From: Tenericutes bacterium ADurb.Bin239
GTDB taxonomy: Bacteria > Bacillota_I > Bacilli_A > RFN20 > CAG-826
Length of the DNA: 64,000 nucleotides
Assembly (NCBI GenBank): GCA_002069815.1
Contig: MWCB01000001.1
Span: forward strand, 65,786 to 129,785
Reading direction: 5' to 3'
The stretch's first letter is position 1; each line of letters starts with the position of its first letter. Made by a program: the position numbers and the translations under genes. Positions 37,733 to 46,861 of the stretch are shown here, piece after piece. Below the pieces are notes generated by a model. The model saw nothing but the letters and a program-made list of their open reading frames with translations. It ran no database searches and was not told the DNA's origin.

Positions 37733-38222
37733 TTTAAAACCACTGTTAGAAAAGCAAAAAGAATTAGACGCTGACATAAATGCGCGTCATGGCTGTAGTC
37801 ACCAAAGCACAAAAACGGAGCGCTTTTTAGCGCTGCTAGTGGAAATTGGCGAACTGGCTAATGCGACGCGGGCGTTTAAATATTGGTCGCTTAAAGGAAG
37901 TGAAAGTCGCACGGTCTTACTTGATGAATTTGCTGATGGTCTGCACTTTTTCTTGTCGCTTGCCTTAGTGTTTGACTTTAAGTTAGGGAACGTTGAATAT
38001 GAAACGCTACCCGCTAGTAAGGACGTGATAAATAACGCTTTTCGTGACGTTTACTTGCGGATTAATGATTTAATGCGTAAAGAGTCACGCCGGTGTTATA
38101 ATGCGGCCTTGAAAGCATTTCTAATGCTTGGTAGCGCTTTAACATTTACCCCGCAAGACATAACTAATGCATATAACGCTAAATTAGTGGTAAACTATGA
38201 CCGACAAAAAACAAATTATTAA
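37722..38222 (+). CDS. Dimeric all-alpha dUTPase-like protein (YncF/YosS-like)
   Basis: 166 aa; helical protein with E/D-rich motifs (LVEIGELAN, DEFADGLHF) resembling the dimeric dUTPase family; overlaps the glgP end by 11 nt. Confidence 0.5.
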   Translation: MVINLKPLLEKQKELDADINARHGCSHQSTKTERFLALLVEIGELANATRAFKYWSLKGSESRTVLLDEFADGLHFFLSLALVFDFKLGNVEYETLPASKDVINNAFRDVYLRINDLMRKESRRCYNAALKAFLMLGSALTFTPQDITNAYNAKLVVNYDRQKTNY

Positions 38223-38245
38223 AGACTGGATAGAAGGAGATATTT

Positions 38246-39331
38246 ATGGATCCAAAACGATTAGATTTACTTAAAAAAATAAGTGAAGTTAACGGCATCA
38301 GTGGCGCCGAACGCGACGTTGCGCGGCTAGTGAAGGCCGAACTAAAAGGAGTCGCTGATACTTTTGCATATGATAACCTCGGCTCTATTGTCGCTAATTT
38401 AGATGGGGAAAAAGGCGCGCCCCGTGTTTTACTCGCTGGCCATATGGATGAAGTCGGTTTTCTTGTTAAGCAGATTGAAAAAAGTGGTTTCTTACGGTTA
38501 CATAACGTAGGGGGGTGGTGGGGACACGTTGTCCCCGCTCATGAATGGGTAGTTACTACTCGTGAAGGTAAAGAATATATTGGTGTCACAGGGGCCCAAC
38601 CACCACACGGGATGCCAGCGGAACAACGGAATAAAGTCATGGAATTAAAAGACATGTACTTAGATATGGGTGTAAGTAGTGATGAAGATATTAAAAATCT
38701 TGGAATTAAAGTTGGCGACACTGTCACTCCGCTGCAAAAGTTCCGCGTTTTAAATGATGGTAAAACGCTCTTAGGCAAAGCATGGGATGACCGCGTGGCG
38801 GTCGCAATTGGCATTGAAGTTTTAAAGCGTCTTAAAAAAGAAGGTCATCATGCTAATGTTAGTTTCGTCGGTACCGTTCAAGAAGAAGTCGGATTGCGGG
38901 GGGCCCGTACTAGTACTCACTTAGTTAAACCCGATCTTGCCTTTGCCCTTGACGTCACGATGAGTTACGACTTACCTGGTTCACCCGCTATGGACACTAA
39001 ACTTGGAGCGGGGGTCGCTCTTAGTGTGATGGATGGCAGTGTTATCGCTCACCGTGGCTTATTTGATCACGTTGAAAGGGTGGCAAAGAAGTTAGGTGTG
39101 AAATACACTTATGACTTATTAACGGCGGGCGGCACTGATAGTGGGGAAATTCATAAAGCATATGATGGCGTCGTCAATATGACTTTATCAATTCCTTGTC
39201 GCTATTTCCATAGCCATGTTTCGCTAGTTCATAGTGATGACATTGATGCGGCGATTGACCTTTTAGTGGAAGTTATTAAAGGCGTTGACTGGGACTTAAT
39301 TAAGAAGTTAAAAGCCACTAAATACGAATAA
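38246..39331 (+). CDS. M42-family aminopeptidase (paralog 2)
   Basis: 361 aa; AGHMDEVGF, QEEVGLRGA, GGTDSG motifs; AAGGAG SD. Confidence 0.8.
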   Translation: MDPKRLDLLKKISEVNGISGAERDVARLVKAELKGVADTFAYDNLGSIVANLDGEKGAPRVLLAGHMDEVGFLVKQIEKSGFLRLHNVGGWWGHVVPAHEWVVTTREGKEYIGVTGAQPPHGMPAEQRNKVMELKDMYLDMGVSSDEDIKNLGIKVGDTVTPLQKFRVLNDGKTLLGKAWDDRVAVAIGIEVLKRLKKEGHHANVSFVGTVQEEVGLRGARTSTHLVKPDLAFALDVTMSYDLPGSPAMDTKLGAGVALSVMDGSVIAHRGLFDHVERVAKKLGVKYTYDLLTAGGTDSGEIHKAYDGVVNMTLSIPCRYFHSHVSLVHSDDIDAAIDLLVEVIKGVDWDLIKKLKATKYE

Positions 39332-39353
39332 GAAATTAGATTTAAAAAACACG

Positions 39354-39387
39354 AGTACCGCGGATAATTCTTCGGTACTTTTCTTAT
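39354..39387 (+). terminator. Intrinsic terminator after M42 paralog 2
   Basis: Stem AGTACCG/CGGTACT followed by TTTTCTT. Confidence 0.7.
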
Positions 39388-39391
39388 AGCG

Positions 39392-39400
39392 TGCTACAAT
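39392..39400 (+). promoter_or_regulatory. Extended -10 element placed for a leaderless mRNA
   Basis: TGCTACAAT, then 6 nt (agattt), then ATG 39407; no SD. Confidence 0.5.
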
Positions 39401-39406
39401 AGATTT

Positions 39407-40072
39407 ATGTTTACGCATACTGTAAGTATAAACACAAGAAACGGACCTATTAATTATACTTTACGTCTTACGTATAAACGAATGAAGACGATTGTTTTTC
39501 GCGCTGATGAAAAAGAAGCAAATACCTTCAATGTTTCCCTTCCCTACGGCACCAGATTATCTAAATTGGAGGAAGTATTTCGGCAAAACTTAAAAAGCCT
39601 TAAACGATTACAAAATAAGGCTAAAAGCGTGCCTTTTACCGACAAAACATACGTATTTGGTAAAGATATAACCTTACTTGCAATTAAAGATAAATATGGC
39701 TTAAAAACAGTTCCATATACTCTTGAATCTTTCTATAAGCAAACGAAGAATATACTTTTAGAGTATCTCGAAAATAGCGTAAAAAAATATAGCAAAATTA
39801 TGGGTGTTCAAGCCGAATATAAAGTCTGTGTTCGCCGCATGAAAACAAGATGGGGCACAAATAGTAATAAGACAATGCGCTTAACTTTTAATGAAAAATT
39901 AATCCACTATCATCCCCGGATTATTGATGCTTTAGTCGTCCATGAATTAGCCCATTATTTCGTTAATGGACACGGTCCAAAGTTCTATAAAATATTAGAA
40001 AAAGTAATGCCCGATTATAAGGTACTTGATACATTGTTAAAGGAGCATCATTATGAATATGATAACGAGTAA
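39407..40072 (+). CDS. YgjP-like (DUF45/M48-type) zinc metallopeptidase
   Basis: 221 aa; HExxH motif in VVHELAHYF near the C-terminus, as in the YgjP family. Confidence 0.7.
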   Translation: MFTHTVSINTRNGPINYTLRLTYKRMKTIVFRADEKEANTFNVSLPYGTRLSKLEEVFRQNLKSLKRLQNKAKSVPFTDKTYVFGKDITLLAIKDKYGLKTVPYTLESFYKQTKNILLEYLENSVKKYSKIMGVQAEYKVCVRRMKTRWGTNSNKTMRLTFNEKLIHYHPRIIDALVVHELAHYFVNGHGPKFYKILEKVMPDYKVLDTLLKEHHYEYDNE

Positions 40073-40763
40073 ACAAAACCCAAAAATTAAAGCTTTAGCG
40101 GCCCTAAAAGCTAAACCAAACGATGAATTAGTCATTGAAGGACAACACCTTATTGAAATGGCGCTGGCGAGTAATTTAGTGATGGAATTATTGACAGTTA
40201 ATCCACTTCCTTATGCTGTTCCCACCACTTTAATCACGCCCGAAATAGCGAAAAAACTTAGTGATAAAGTAACGACTGATGGCGCCTTTGCGTTAATTAA
40301 AAAACCTAATCTATCGCTTGATAAGAATAAACATTTACTATATCTCGATGAAGTTAGTGATCCTGGAAATATGGGGACGATTTTACGGACCGCGCTCGCT
40401 TTTAATTTTGGGGGTGTGCTCCTTAGTCCGCGCTGCGTTAACGTTTATAATGAAAAAGTGTTAAGTAGTGCGCAAGGGGCGCATTTCTTATTACCTTTAA
40501 AAAAGGCAACACTCACAGATTTGATAAGTCTTAAAAAAGAAGGTTATAAAGTAGTCGTCACCACTTTAGCAAAGGCCGTACCAATCGAAGCCGTACCAAA
40601 CGATAAGTTAATTCTTGTTTTAGGGAATGAAGCGCGCGGGGTCAGTAAACCGATTTTTGACGTTGCGGATTATTTAGTGAAAATTAATATACGTCATATT
40701 GATTCCTTAAATGTCGCTATTGCTGGTGCGATTTTGATGTATGAAATTAGTAAAAGAAGCTAG
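40053..40763 (+). CDS. TrmH/SpoU-family RNA 2'-O-methyltransferase (YsgA-like)
   Basis: 236 aa; SpoU motifs DPGNMGTILRTA, LVLGNEARGV, SLNVAIAGAILMYE; precedes pheS as ysgA does in Bacillus. Confidence 0.8.
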   Translation: MNMITSKQNPKIKALAALKAKPNDELVIEGQHLIEMALASNLVMELLTVNPLPYAVPTTLITPEIAKKLSDKVTTDGAFALIKKPNLSLDKNKHLLYLDEVSDPGNMGTILRTALAFNFGGVLLSPRCVNVYNEKVLSSAQGAHFLLPLKKATLTDLISLKKEGYKVVVTTLAKAVPIEAVPNDKLILVLGNEARGVSKPIFDVADYLVKINIRHIDSLNVAIAGAILMYEISKRS

Positions 40764-40764
40764 A

Positions 40765-40799
40765 ACTACTAAAAATGTAATCTTTAGTAGTGCTTTTTT
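40765..40799 (+). terminator. Intrinsic terminator
   Basis: 9-bp stem ACTACTAAA/TTTAGTAGT followed by GCTTTTTT. Confidence 0.8.
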
Positions 40800-40827
40800 G
40801 GAAAAGTCATCCTTATTAATGTATAAT
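40798..40827 (+). promoter_or_regulatory. pheST promoter
   Basis: TTGGAA (40798-803), 18 nt, TATAAT (40822-27). Confidence 0.6.
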
Positions 40828-40833
40828 TATTAT

Positions 40834-41030
40834 GGCGTTGAAGAGAAGTAGTAATGTCCAAACTTTCTTTGCATAGCGAGGGTGGATGGTGTAAGCACCT
40901 ACAAAGAAAGGACATGAATTCACCTCGGAGCTGGTTGATGACCCGCTGACTCACGTTAAAGTCAAAACTAAGAGTGGCAATTAGGATGGTACCACGGCGA
41001 AAGTCGTTCCTAATGGAACGCTTTTTTATT
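40834..41030 (+). promoter_or_regulatory. T-box leader (Phe)
   Basis: AGAGA motif; specifier TTC (40919-21) followed by A; T-box AATTAGGATGGTACCACGG; terminator CGTTCC-taat-GGAACG followed by TTTTTT. Confidence 0.85.
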
Positions 41031-41047
41031 TGATAGAGGAGGAAAAT

Positions 41048-42082
41048 ATGCGTCCAGAACTAGAAGAATATAAAAAATCAGCACAAATCGAAATTCAATT
41101 TGTGGCCCATAATCTCAATGATTTATACAAAATGCGTAATGTTTATCTATCAAAAAATGGTTTAATTGCAAAACTTATGGGCAATATTAAAAACTTAAAT
41201 CCTGATGAACGAAAAGCTTATGGTCAAGATCTTAATGAGTTAAAAACATATTTGGAAGATCTTTTTAATAATCATATTAAGATTTTAGAAAAAGGTGAAC
41301 TCGCTAAGAAATTGCAAAGTGAAACTATTGATTTAACGCTGCCAGGCCGAAGTTTAGATAGTGCTCCGCAGCATCCGTTCCATCTCATTGCTGATGAGAT
41401 TTGTCGCATCTTTATCGGGATAGGGTACATTATTGCCGAAGGTGATGAAGTAGAAGAAGATTTATATAATTTTACCCTTTTAAATATGCCGGAAAATCAC
41501 CCTGCTCGCGATATGCAAGACACGTTCTATATTAGTGATTCATTGCTGCTTAGAACACACACTTCCCCTGTGCAAGCACGCTTTATGCAAAAACATAAAA
41601 ATGAGCCGCTTAAAATGATTAGTCCCGGCAAAGTATTTAGAAGAGATGATGATGATAACACCCATTCCCATCAATTTGGACAAGTTGAAGGTTTAGTAAT
41701 TGGTGAAGGGATTTCTTTTAGCCATTTAAAAGCAACATTAGACTTATTTGCCAAGCAAATGTTTGGTCCGAAGCGAGAAATTAGACTTCGTTCGTCTTAT
41801 TTCCCTTTTACTGAACCAAGTGTTGAAGTTGATGTGAGCTGCCATGAATGTAATGGTAAGGGCTGTTCAACTTGTAAGGGAAGTGGTTGGATTGAAATTC
41901 TCGGAGCGGGAATGGTTAATCCTAACGTTTTAACGATGAATGGTTATGACGCGGAAAAATATACGGGTTTTGCTTTTGGCGTGGGGATTGAACGCGTGGC
42001 GATGTTGCGTTACGGAATTGATGATATGCGCCGTTTCTATCAAAATGATATTCGCTTCTTAAAGGAATTCCCAAAAAGGTAG
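41048..42082 (+). CDS. pheS: Phenylalanine--tRNA ligase alpha subunit
   Basis: Start moved to ATG 41048 (GAGGAGG SD); class II motif 3 GFAFGVGIERVAM. Confidence 0.95.
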   Translation: MRPELEEYKKSAQIEIQFVAHNLNDLYKMRNVYLSKNGLIAKLMGNIKNLNPDERKAYGQDLNELKTYLEDLFNNHIKILEKGELAKKLQSETIDLTLPGRSLDSAPQHPFHLIADEICRIFIGIGYIIAEGDEVEEDLYNFTLLNMPENHPARDMQDTFYISDSLLLRTHTSPVQARFMQKHKNEPLKMISPGKVFRRDDDDNTHSHQFGQVEGLVIGEGISFSHLKATLDLFAKQMFGPKREIRLRSSYFPFTEPSVEVDVSCHECNGKGCSTCKGSGWIEILGAGMVNPNVLTMNGYDAEKYTGFAFGVGIERVAMLRYGIDDMRRFYQNDIRFLKEFPKR

Positions 42083-42091
42083 GTAACAGTT

Positions 42092-44479
42092 ATGAAAGTA
42101 TCACGCAATGAATTAGAGAAATATATTGACCTAAGTAGTATTAGTGATGAAGAAATTGCTAAGAAACTAACGTTTGCTGGTATTGAAACCGAAGAATATT
42201 ATAGGCTAGCAAGTGGCACTAATTTAGTAATTGGTGCGGTTCTTACTTGTGAAAAGGTAAAAGGGAGTGATCATCTTTCCGTTTGTAGGGTAGACGTTGG
42301 CAAAAAGTTAGGCAAACGTGACATCATCTGTGGGGCACCTAATGTCGCCGCTGGGCAAAAGGTTATCGTCGCGCTTGAAGGTGCCATTTTACCAGTCGGT
42401 GTCATTAAAAAAGTAACAATCAAAGGTTATCAAAGTGAAGGGATGATTTGTTCGTTAAATGAACTTGGTGTTCCAAGCGAACTATTAACGCCCGACGATG
42501 TTGCGGGTATCCATGTTTTAGATAAAGACGCGCCCGTTGGTAATCGTGATGTTTTAAAATATTTAGGATTAGATGACACTATTTTCGATATTAGACCACT
42601 AGCAAATCGCAGTGATATGCTAGCGATATACAATATCGTTCGTGAATTAGGTGCAATCTTTGATTTACATTACAATATTCCGGAAATTGATGTTAATCCG
42701 GCTTTTAATACGAAATTGAAACTTGAAGTTAAGACTGATTTAGTATCTGTTTTCGCTCTTACAGAAGTTCGTAATATTAAAGTTGAACCTTCACCACAGT
42801 GGCTCGCGACGTTTTTACGTAAACACGGACATCGCCCCGTCAATAACATTGTTGATATTGGTAATTATGTTATGCTTGTTACCGGTCGTCCGCTTCATAT
42901 GTATGACTTAGACAAAGTAAAAGATGAGCACTTTATAGTCAGCGCTGATTTGACCAAATCATTTATCGCCCTTGATGATAAAGAATATCAGCTCGTGCCA
43001 GGTGACCAAGTTATTCACGACGCTGAAAAAGTATTATGTCTAGGGGGAATTAACGGCGCTAAAAGTTCAGCGGTTAATGATGCTACCAAACGAATTGCGA
43101 TTGAAGTAGCCGCTTTTGATACGGCTCATATTCGAATGAGTGTCGTTCGCCACAATTTACCAAGTGAAGCGAGCAGTCGTTTTGGTAAAGGAGTCAATCC
43201 CTACAATACCGAAGAAGCGATGAACTTAGCGCTTTCGCTGCTTTTTGATTTAGTGCCAGGTGTCGAGTTTAGCAATACGGTTACAGTTACAAAAGGGTTA
43301 AAACCGCAACCGACCATTTACTTTGATAAAGAGCGGATTAATCGTTTATTAGGCACTGATTTTAGTGAAGAAGTAATGCTAAGTACATTAAATCGCTTAA
43401 ACATTACCGTTAATGACGATCAAAGTGTTAATCTTCCGCTTTACCGTCAAGATTTCTTTACGCTGGCGGATTTAGCCGAAGAAATTATTCGCTTACAAGG
43501 CTTTGACCATGTTACAAGTGAAATTCCTGGGCTTTTTACCACCGTGGGAGCTTATGACGAAATCCAGCAAAAACGGTACGATGTTCGTAAATTCTTACGT
43601 AACAAAGGACTCTACGAAATTTTAACCTATAGCCTGATTGATGAAGAACGTAATCGAAATTTTACATACTTAAATAAAGATAAGCCACTTAAACTCCAAC
43701 ATCCTATGACGCCACTTAGGAGCGAGTTGCGACTTAACTTATTACCAAGTGTGCTTGAGACCCTTACCTATAACGCTAGTCGGCAACAAAGTGATTTTGC
43801 CCTTTTTGAAATTAGCAACATAACTTCAACAAATTATAAAGGTGAACATTTAGCGTTTGCCTTCTATGGTCATGAATTACTTAAGGGTGAACTCGCGAAG
43901 CGACCATATGATTTTTATGCCGCAAAAGGGTTAATTATTAGTCTTTTAGATTATTTAGGAATTAGTGAATCACGTTATGAATTTATTGCTAATCCAGTTC
44001 AAAATGATGAGTTCCATCCCGCCCAAAGTGCGCTCCTAAAAGTGCAAGGTAAAGTAGTGGGAATATTCGGTAAATTGCATCCTAATGCCAAAGAAAAAGC
44101 TCTTTTAGGAAGTGACGCTATCGTTGGTGAAATTAATTTAAGTGCTCTCCTCAATGTTAAAACTAGTGTCCAAAAAGTGACTGCACCACCGCGTTACCCC
44201 TTTGTTAAACGCGATTTAGCGCTTGTCGTTAAAGATGATATGGCAGTAAGTGAACTTATTCAACTTATTCGGAAAACGGGTAGGAAGATGGTTAGTGATG
44301 TTAATGTTTTTGATGTCTACACTAAACTTGTCGAAAAACCTGGCTATAAGTCAGTCGCGCTTAGTATAACTTTACAAGATGCAAGTAAAACACTCGTCGA
44401 TGATGAGATTAAAGAAGTTATGACGAAAATTGTTGATCAACTAATCAAACAATTAAATGTAGTGGTACGTGGTATATGA
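42092..44479 (+). CDS. pheT: Phenylalanine--tRNA ligase beta subunit
   Basis: 795 aa; tRNA-binding OB domain, B3/4, B5 and FDX-ACB domains. Confidence 0.95.
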   Translation: MKVSRNELEKYIDLSSISDEEIAKKLTFAGIETEEYYRLASGTNLVIGAVLTCEKVKGSDHLSVCRVDVGKKLGKRDIICGAPNVAAGQKVIVALEGAILPVGVIKKVTIKGYQSEGMICSLNELGVPSELLTPDDVAGIHVLDKDAPVGNRDVLKYLGLDDTIFDIRPLANRSDMLAIYNIVRELGAIFDLHYNIPEIDVNPAFNTKLKLEVKTDLVSVFALTEVRNIKVEPSPQWLATFLRKHGHRPVNNIVDIGNYVMLVTGRPLHMYDLDKVKDEHFIVSADLTKSFIALDDKEYQLVPGDQVIHDAEKVLCLGGINGAKSSAVNDATKRIAIEVAAFDTAHIRMSVVRHNLPSEASSRFGKGVNPYNTEEAMNLALSLLFDLVPGVEFSNTVTVTKGLKPQPTIYFDKERINRLLGTDFSEEVMLSTLNRLNITVNDDQSVNLPLYRQDFFTLADLAEEIIRLQGFDHVTSEIPGLFTTVGAYDEIQQKRYDVRKFLRNKGLYEILTYSLIDEERNRNFTYLNKDKPLKLQHPMTPLRSELRLNLLPSVLETLTYNASRQQSDFALFEISNITSTNYKGEHLAFAFYGHELLKGELAKRPYDFYAAKGLIISLLDYLGISESRYEFIANPVQNDEFHPAQSALLKVQGKVVGIFGKLHPNAKEKALLGSDAIVGEINLSALLNVKTSVQKVTAPPRYPFVKRDLALVVKDDMAVSELIQLIRKTGRKMVSDVNVFDVYTKLVEKPGYKSVALSITLQDASKTLVDDEIKEVMTKIVDQLIKQLNVVVRGI

Positions 44480-44982
44480 AACTAAAAATAGCGGATGGTA
44501 TTAAACTCCATCAAACCTTAACCCAAGAAATTGATTTAAGTGACATCGAATTAAAGTCAAACTATTCTTTAAAAGGAATAAAACCTTTTACCGTGACCGT
44601 TGATTTTGATACATTTACCGATGTTGTTGAAACGCACATTCAAGGTAAAGTTCTAGTCATTTTAGAATGTGCCTATACACTTGAACACTTTGAATATGAA
44701 ATAGTTATGGATGATGAACTATGTTTTAACTTTGTTAACCCAAATATTGAAGCGGAATGTGATGATTGTTTCTATGAAGCGGGCCCAGAGATTGATCTTG
44801 ATCCGTATTTGTATGCGATTATATTAAGTTATATCCCGCTTAAAGTTATTAAACCAGGGGCCAATTTACCCAAGAGTGGCCAAGGTTATGCAATCTTAAC
44901 CGAAGAAGAATACGCCACTAAACATCCAACCCTTAATGATGAATTTGGTGATCTCTTTGACGAGCTTGATTTAGACGATTAA
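44476..44982 (+). CDS. YceD/DUF177-family protein
   Basis: 168 aa; acidic protein with a Cys-containing segment (ECDDCFYEAG) and IDLDP motif typical of DUF177. Confidence 0.55.
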   Translation: MKLKIADGIKLHQTLTQEIDLSDIELKSNYSLKGIKPFTVTVDFDTFTDVVETHIQGKVLVILECAYTLEHFEYEIVMDDELCFNFVNPNIEAECDDCFYEAGPEIDLDPYLYAIILSYIPLKVIKPGANLPKSGQGYAILTEEEYATKHPTLNDEFGDLFDELDLDD

Positions 44983-45008
44983 AAAAATATCTCATAGAAT
45001 GAGCATAA

Positions 45009-45040
45009 AAGAAGGGGCAACTCTTCTTTTTTGTTTTTTT
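45009..45040 (+). terminator. Intrinsic terminator
   Basis: 8-bp stem AAGAAGGG/CTCTTCTT with a GCAA tetraloop, followed by TTTTTGTTTTTTT. Confidence 0.8.
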
Positions 45041-45052
45041 GCACTTTTTTAG

Positions 45053-45081
45053 TTGTCAAGCCAGAGGCATTTATGTATAAT
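45053..45081 (+). promoter_or_regulatory. mraZ (division cluster) promoter
   Basis: TTGTCA (45053-58), 17 nt, TATAAT (45076-81). Confidence 0.75.
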
Positions 45082-45111
45082 AGAGTCAAAGAAAGTGGGA
45101 GAAAGTGGGAG
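45081..45111 (+). repeat. MraZ-box direct repeats
   Basis: GAAAGTGGGA repeated twice in exact tandem (45091-45110), preceded by a degenerate third unit TAGAGTCAAA; 10-bp periodicity; located between the -10 and the mraZ ATG. Confidence 0.7.
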
Positions 45112-45555
45112 ATGAAGTTTTTCGGCACCTATTACCATAACTTAGACGCGAAGGGACGCCTTGTCGTTCCCGCTCGTTTTCGAGAAATGCTGAAAGATTT
45201 AAAAACACTCTATATTCTCCAAGGCTTTGAAGGGGCCATTAGTATTTATCCGCCCACAGCCTATGAAGCCGAACTTTCTTTCTTGCAAGCCCAAAACTTC
45301 AAGAATGCCGAAGCCCGTGCTTATGTTCGGACGATTTACGCTAGTATTGAAGAATTAGAAGTAGATGCCGCCGGACGTATTACATTACCAGTTCGGGTCC
45401 TAAGAAAATACGATATTGGATCGAAAGTAATAGTCATCGGGGTCGGCGACCATCTTGAAATTTGGGATGAAGAACGTTACCTAAGTTATGAAGAAAAGGC
45501 ACGGAAGAACTTAGAAGGCCTCGCGGCCAAGCTGCAGGTTAAGGACCATGAGTAG
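45112..45555 (+). CDS. mraZ: Transcriptional regulator MraZ
   Basis: Start moved to ATG 45112 (MKFFGTYYHNLDAKGRLVVP); two DxxxR repeats (DAKGR, DAAGR). Confidence 0.9.
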   Translation: MKFFGTYYHNLDAKGRLVVPARFREMLKDLKTLYILQGFEGAISIYPPTAYEAELSFLQAQNFKNAEARAYVRTIYASIEELEVDAAGRITLPVRVLRKYDIGSKVIVIGVGDHLEIWDEERYLSYEEKARKNLEGLAAKLQVKDHE

Positions 45556-46492
45556 TCACTATCCCGTATTACTTAACGAAGTCCTTAATGGCTTAAATGT
45601 AAAAGAGAATAGTGTAATTGTTGACTTAACTTTAGGAAGAGCAGGTCACAGTAGTGCGCTCTTACTAAAAGCGCGTAAAGGATATCTCTACGGCTTCGAT
45701 CAAGACGAAACGGCAATTAGAGAGTCCAAAGAAATTCTCGGTCGCACCTTCCAAAACTTCACACTCTTCCATCAAAACTTCAAAGACTTTGACTATTCAT
45801 TACGTGAACTAGGAGTTGAAGGCGCGGACATCATTCTCTTAGACTTAGGAGTCAGCAGTCCACAATTCGATGTCAGTGAACGCGGGTTTAGTTACCGATT
45901 CGAAGGACCGCTTGATATGCGGATGGATCGGACGAACAATAACGTGACGGCGGCAATGATTGTCAACACTTATAGTGAAGAAGACTTAAAAAATATCTTC
46001 TATCGCTACGCGGAACATCGCTATAGTGCCCGCATTGCGCGTGAAATCGTAAATGCGCGGCGAAGTAAACCACTTGAAACTACAACCGAGTTAGTCGAGA
46101 TTATAAAAAAGGCCTTGCCAAGTAAAGAATTACGAAAAAAAGGCCATCCTGCTAAAACTATCTTCCAAGCGCTCCGCATTGAAGTAAATAATGAACTTGG
46201 CGTGCTTGAAGAAGTGTTACGACGCGCCCCTTACTTCCTAAATGAGGGAGGAAGGCTCGCCGTTATAAGTTTCCATAGTTTAGAAGATCGCTTAGTGAAA
46301 AATACCTTCAAAAAGTTATCGACGCTAAGTGAAACAGGAATGCATCCCTATGCTCTACCTGTTAAAGGTAAAGAAGCACCCTTCTCTCTTGTAAACCGTA
46401 AAGTCATCGTGGCCACCGCACATGAAATTGAAAACAACCCACGCGCTAGTAGTGCCAAACTGCGCATCATCGAAAGAAGGAGGACCAAGTAA
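45548..46492 (+). CDS. rsmH: 16S rRNA m4C1402 methyltransferase RsmH (MraW)
   Basis: 314 aa; DLTLGRAGHS and DLGVSSPQFD motifs. Confidence 0.95.
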   Translation: MSSHYPVLLNEVLNGLNVKENSVIVDLTLGRAGHSSALLLKARKGYLYGFDQDETAIRESKEILGRTFQNFTLFHQNFKDFDYSLRELGVEGADIILLDLGVSSPQFDVSERGFSYRFEGPLDMRMDRTNNNVTAAMIVNTYSEEDLKNIFYRYAEHRYSARIAREIVNARRSKPLETTTELVEIIKKALPSKELRKKGHPAKTIFQALRIEVNNELGVLEEVLRRAPYFLNEGGRLAVISFHSLEDRLVKNTFKKLSTLSETGMHPYALPVKGKEAPFSLVNRKVIVATAHEIENNPRASSAKLRIIERRRTK

Positions 46493-46707
46493 TGCGTGAC
46501 AAACTCTACAAAACTAACAAAAAAGTCGGATACTACCGGATGCGAGCCTTTCTTATCGCTACTTTGCTCGTAGCAGTGGGGGCCGCGGTTTTAACGATCC
46601 CCTATCGTTATGTCGCTAAGGCTATTAATGAAGCACACGCTCGTCGCGAATTAGCGGAAGATGTCGCCGAAGAAACTCCCGTAGTCGATGAAGAACTTAC
46701 CGTTTAG
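46492..46707 (+). CDS. Small single-pass membrane protein in the FtsL position
   Basis: 71 aa; basic N-terminus, one TM helix, acidic tail; TAATG overlap with rsmH; GAAGGAGG SD. No sequence-level identification. Confidence 0.45.
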   Translation: MRDKLYKTNKKVGYYRMRAFLIATLLVAVGAAVLTIPYRYVAKAINEAHARRELAEDVAEETPVVDEELTV

Positions 46708-46722
46708 TTATTTTCCTTTCTT

Positions 46723-46775
46723 AAAAGCCTTAGTGAACTCTTCCCCTTTTCCTCTCTCACTAAGGCTTTTTCTTA
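46723..46775 (+). terminator. Strong hairpin/terminator separating mraZ-rsmH from ftsA-ftsZ
   Basis: 14-bp perfect stem AAAAGCCTTAGTGA / TCACTAAGGCTTTT with a 20-nt loop, then TCTT. Confidence 0.75.
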
Positions 46776-46861
46776 AATTTGTGAAAAATTTCTCCGAAAT
46801 TATGAGTTGCGATTGTTATTATTCATTAATTATTGTAAAATAATTACATTATTGGAGAGTT

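Noticed and set aside
39407-40072. YgjP-like metallopeptidase as a marker of a restriction-modification or defence island
   Set aside because: No hsdR/M/S, methylase or nuclease genes are adjacent. It is flanked by an M42 peptidase and the ysgA-pheST housekeeping block.
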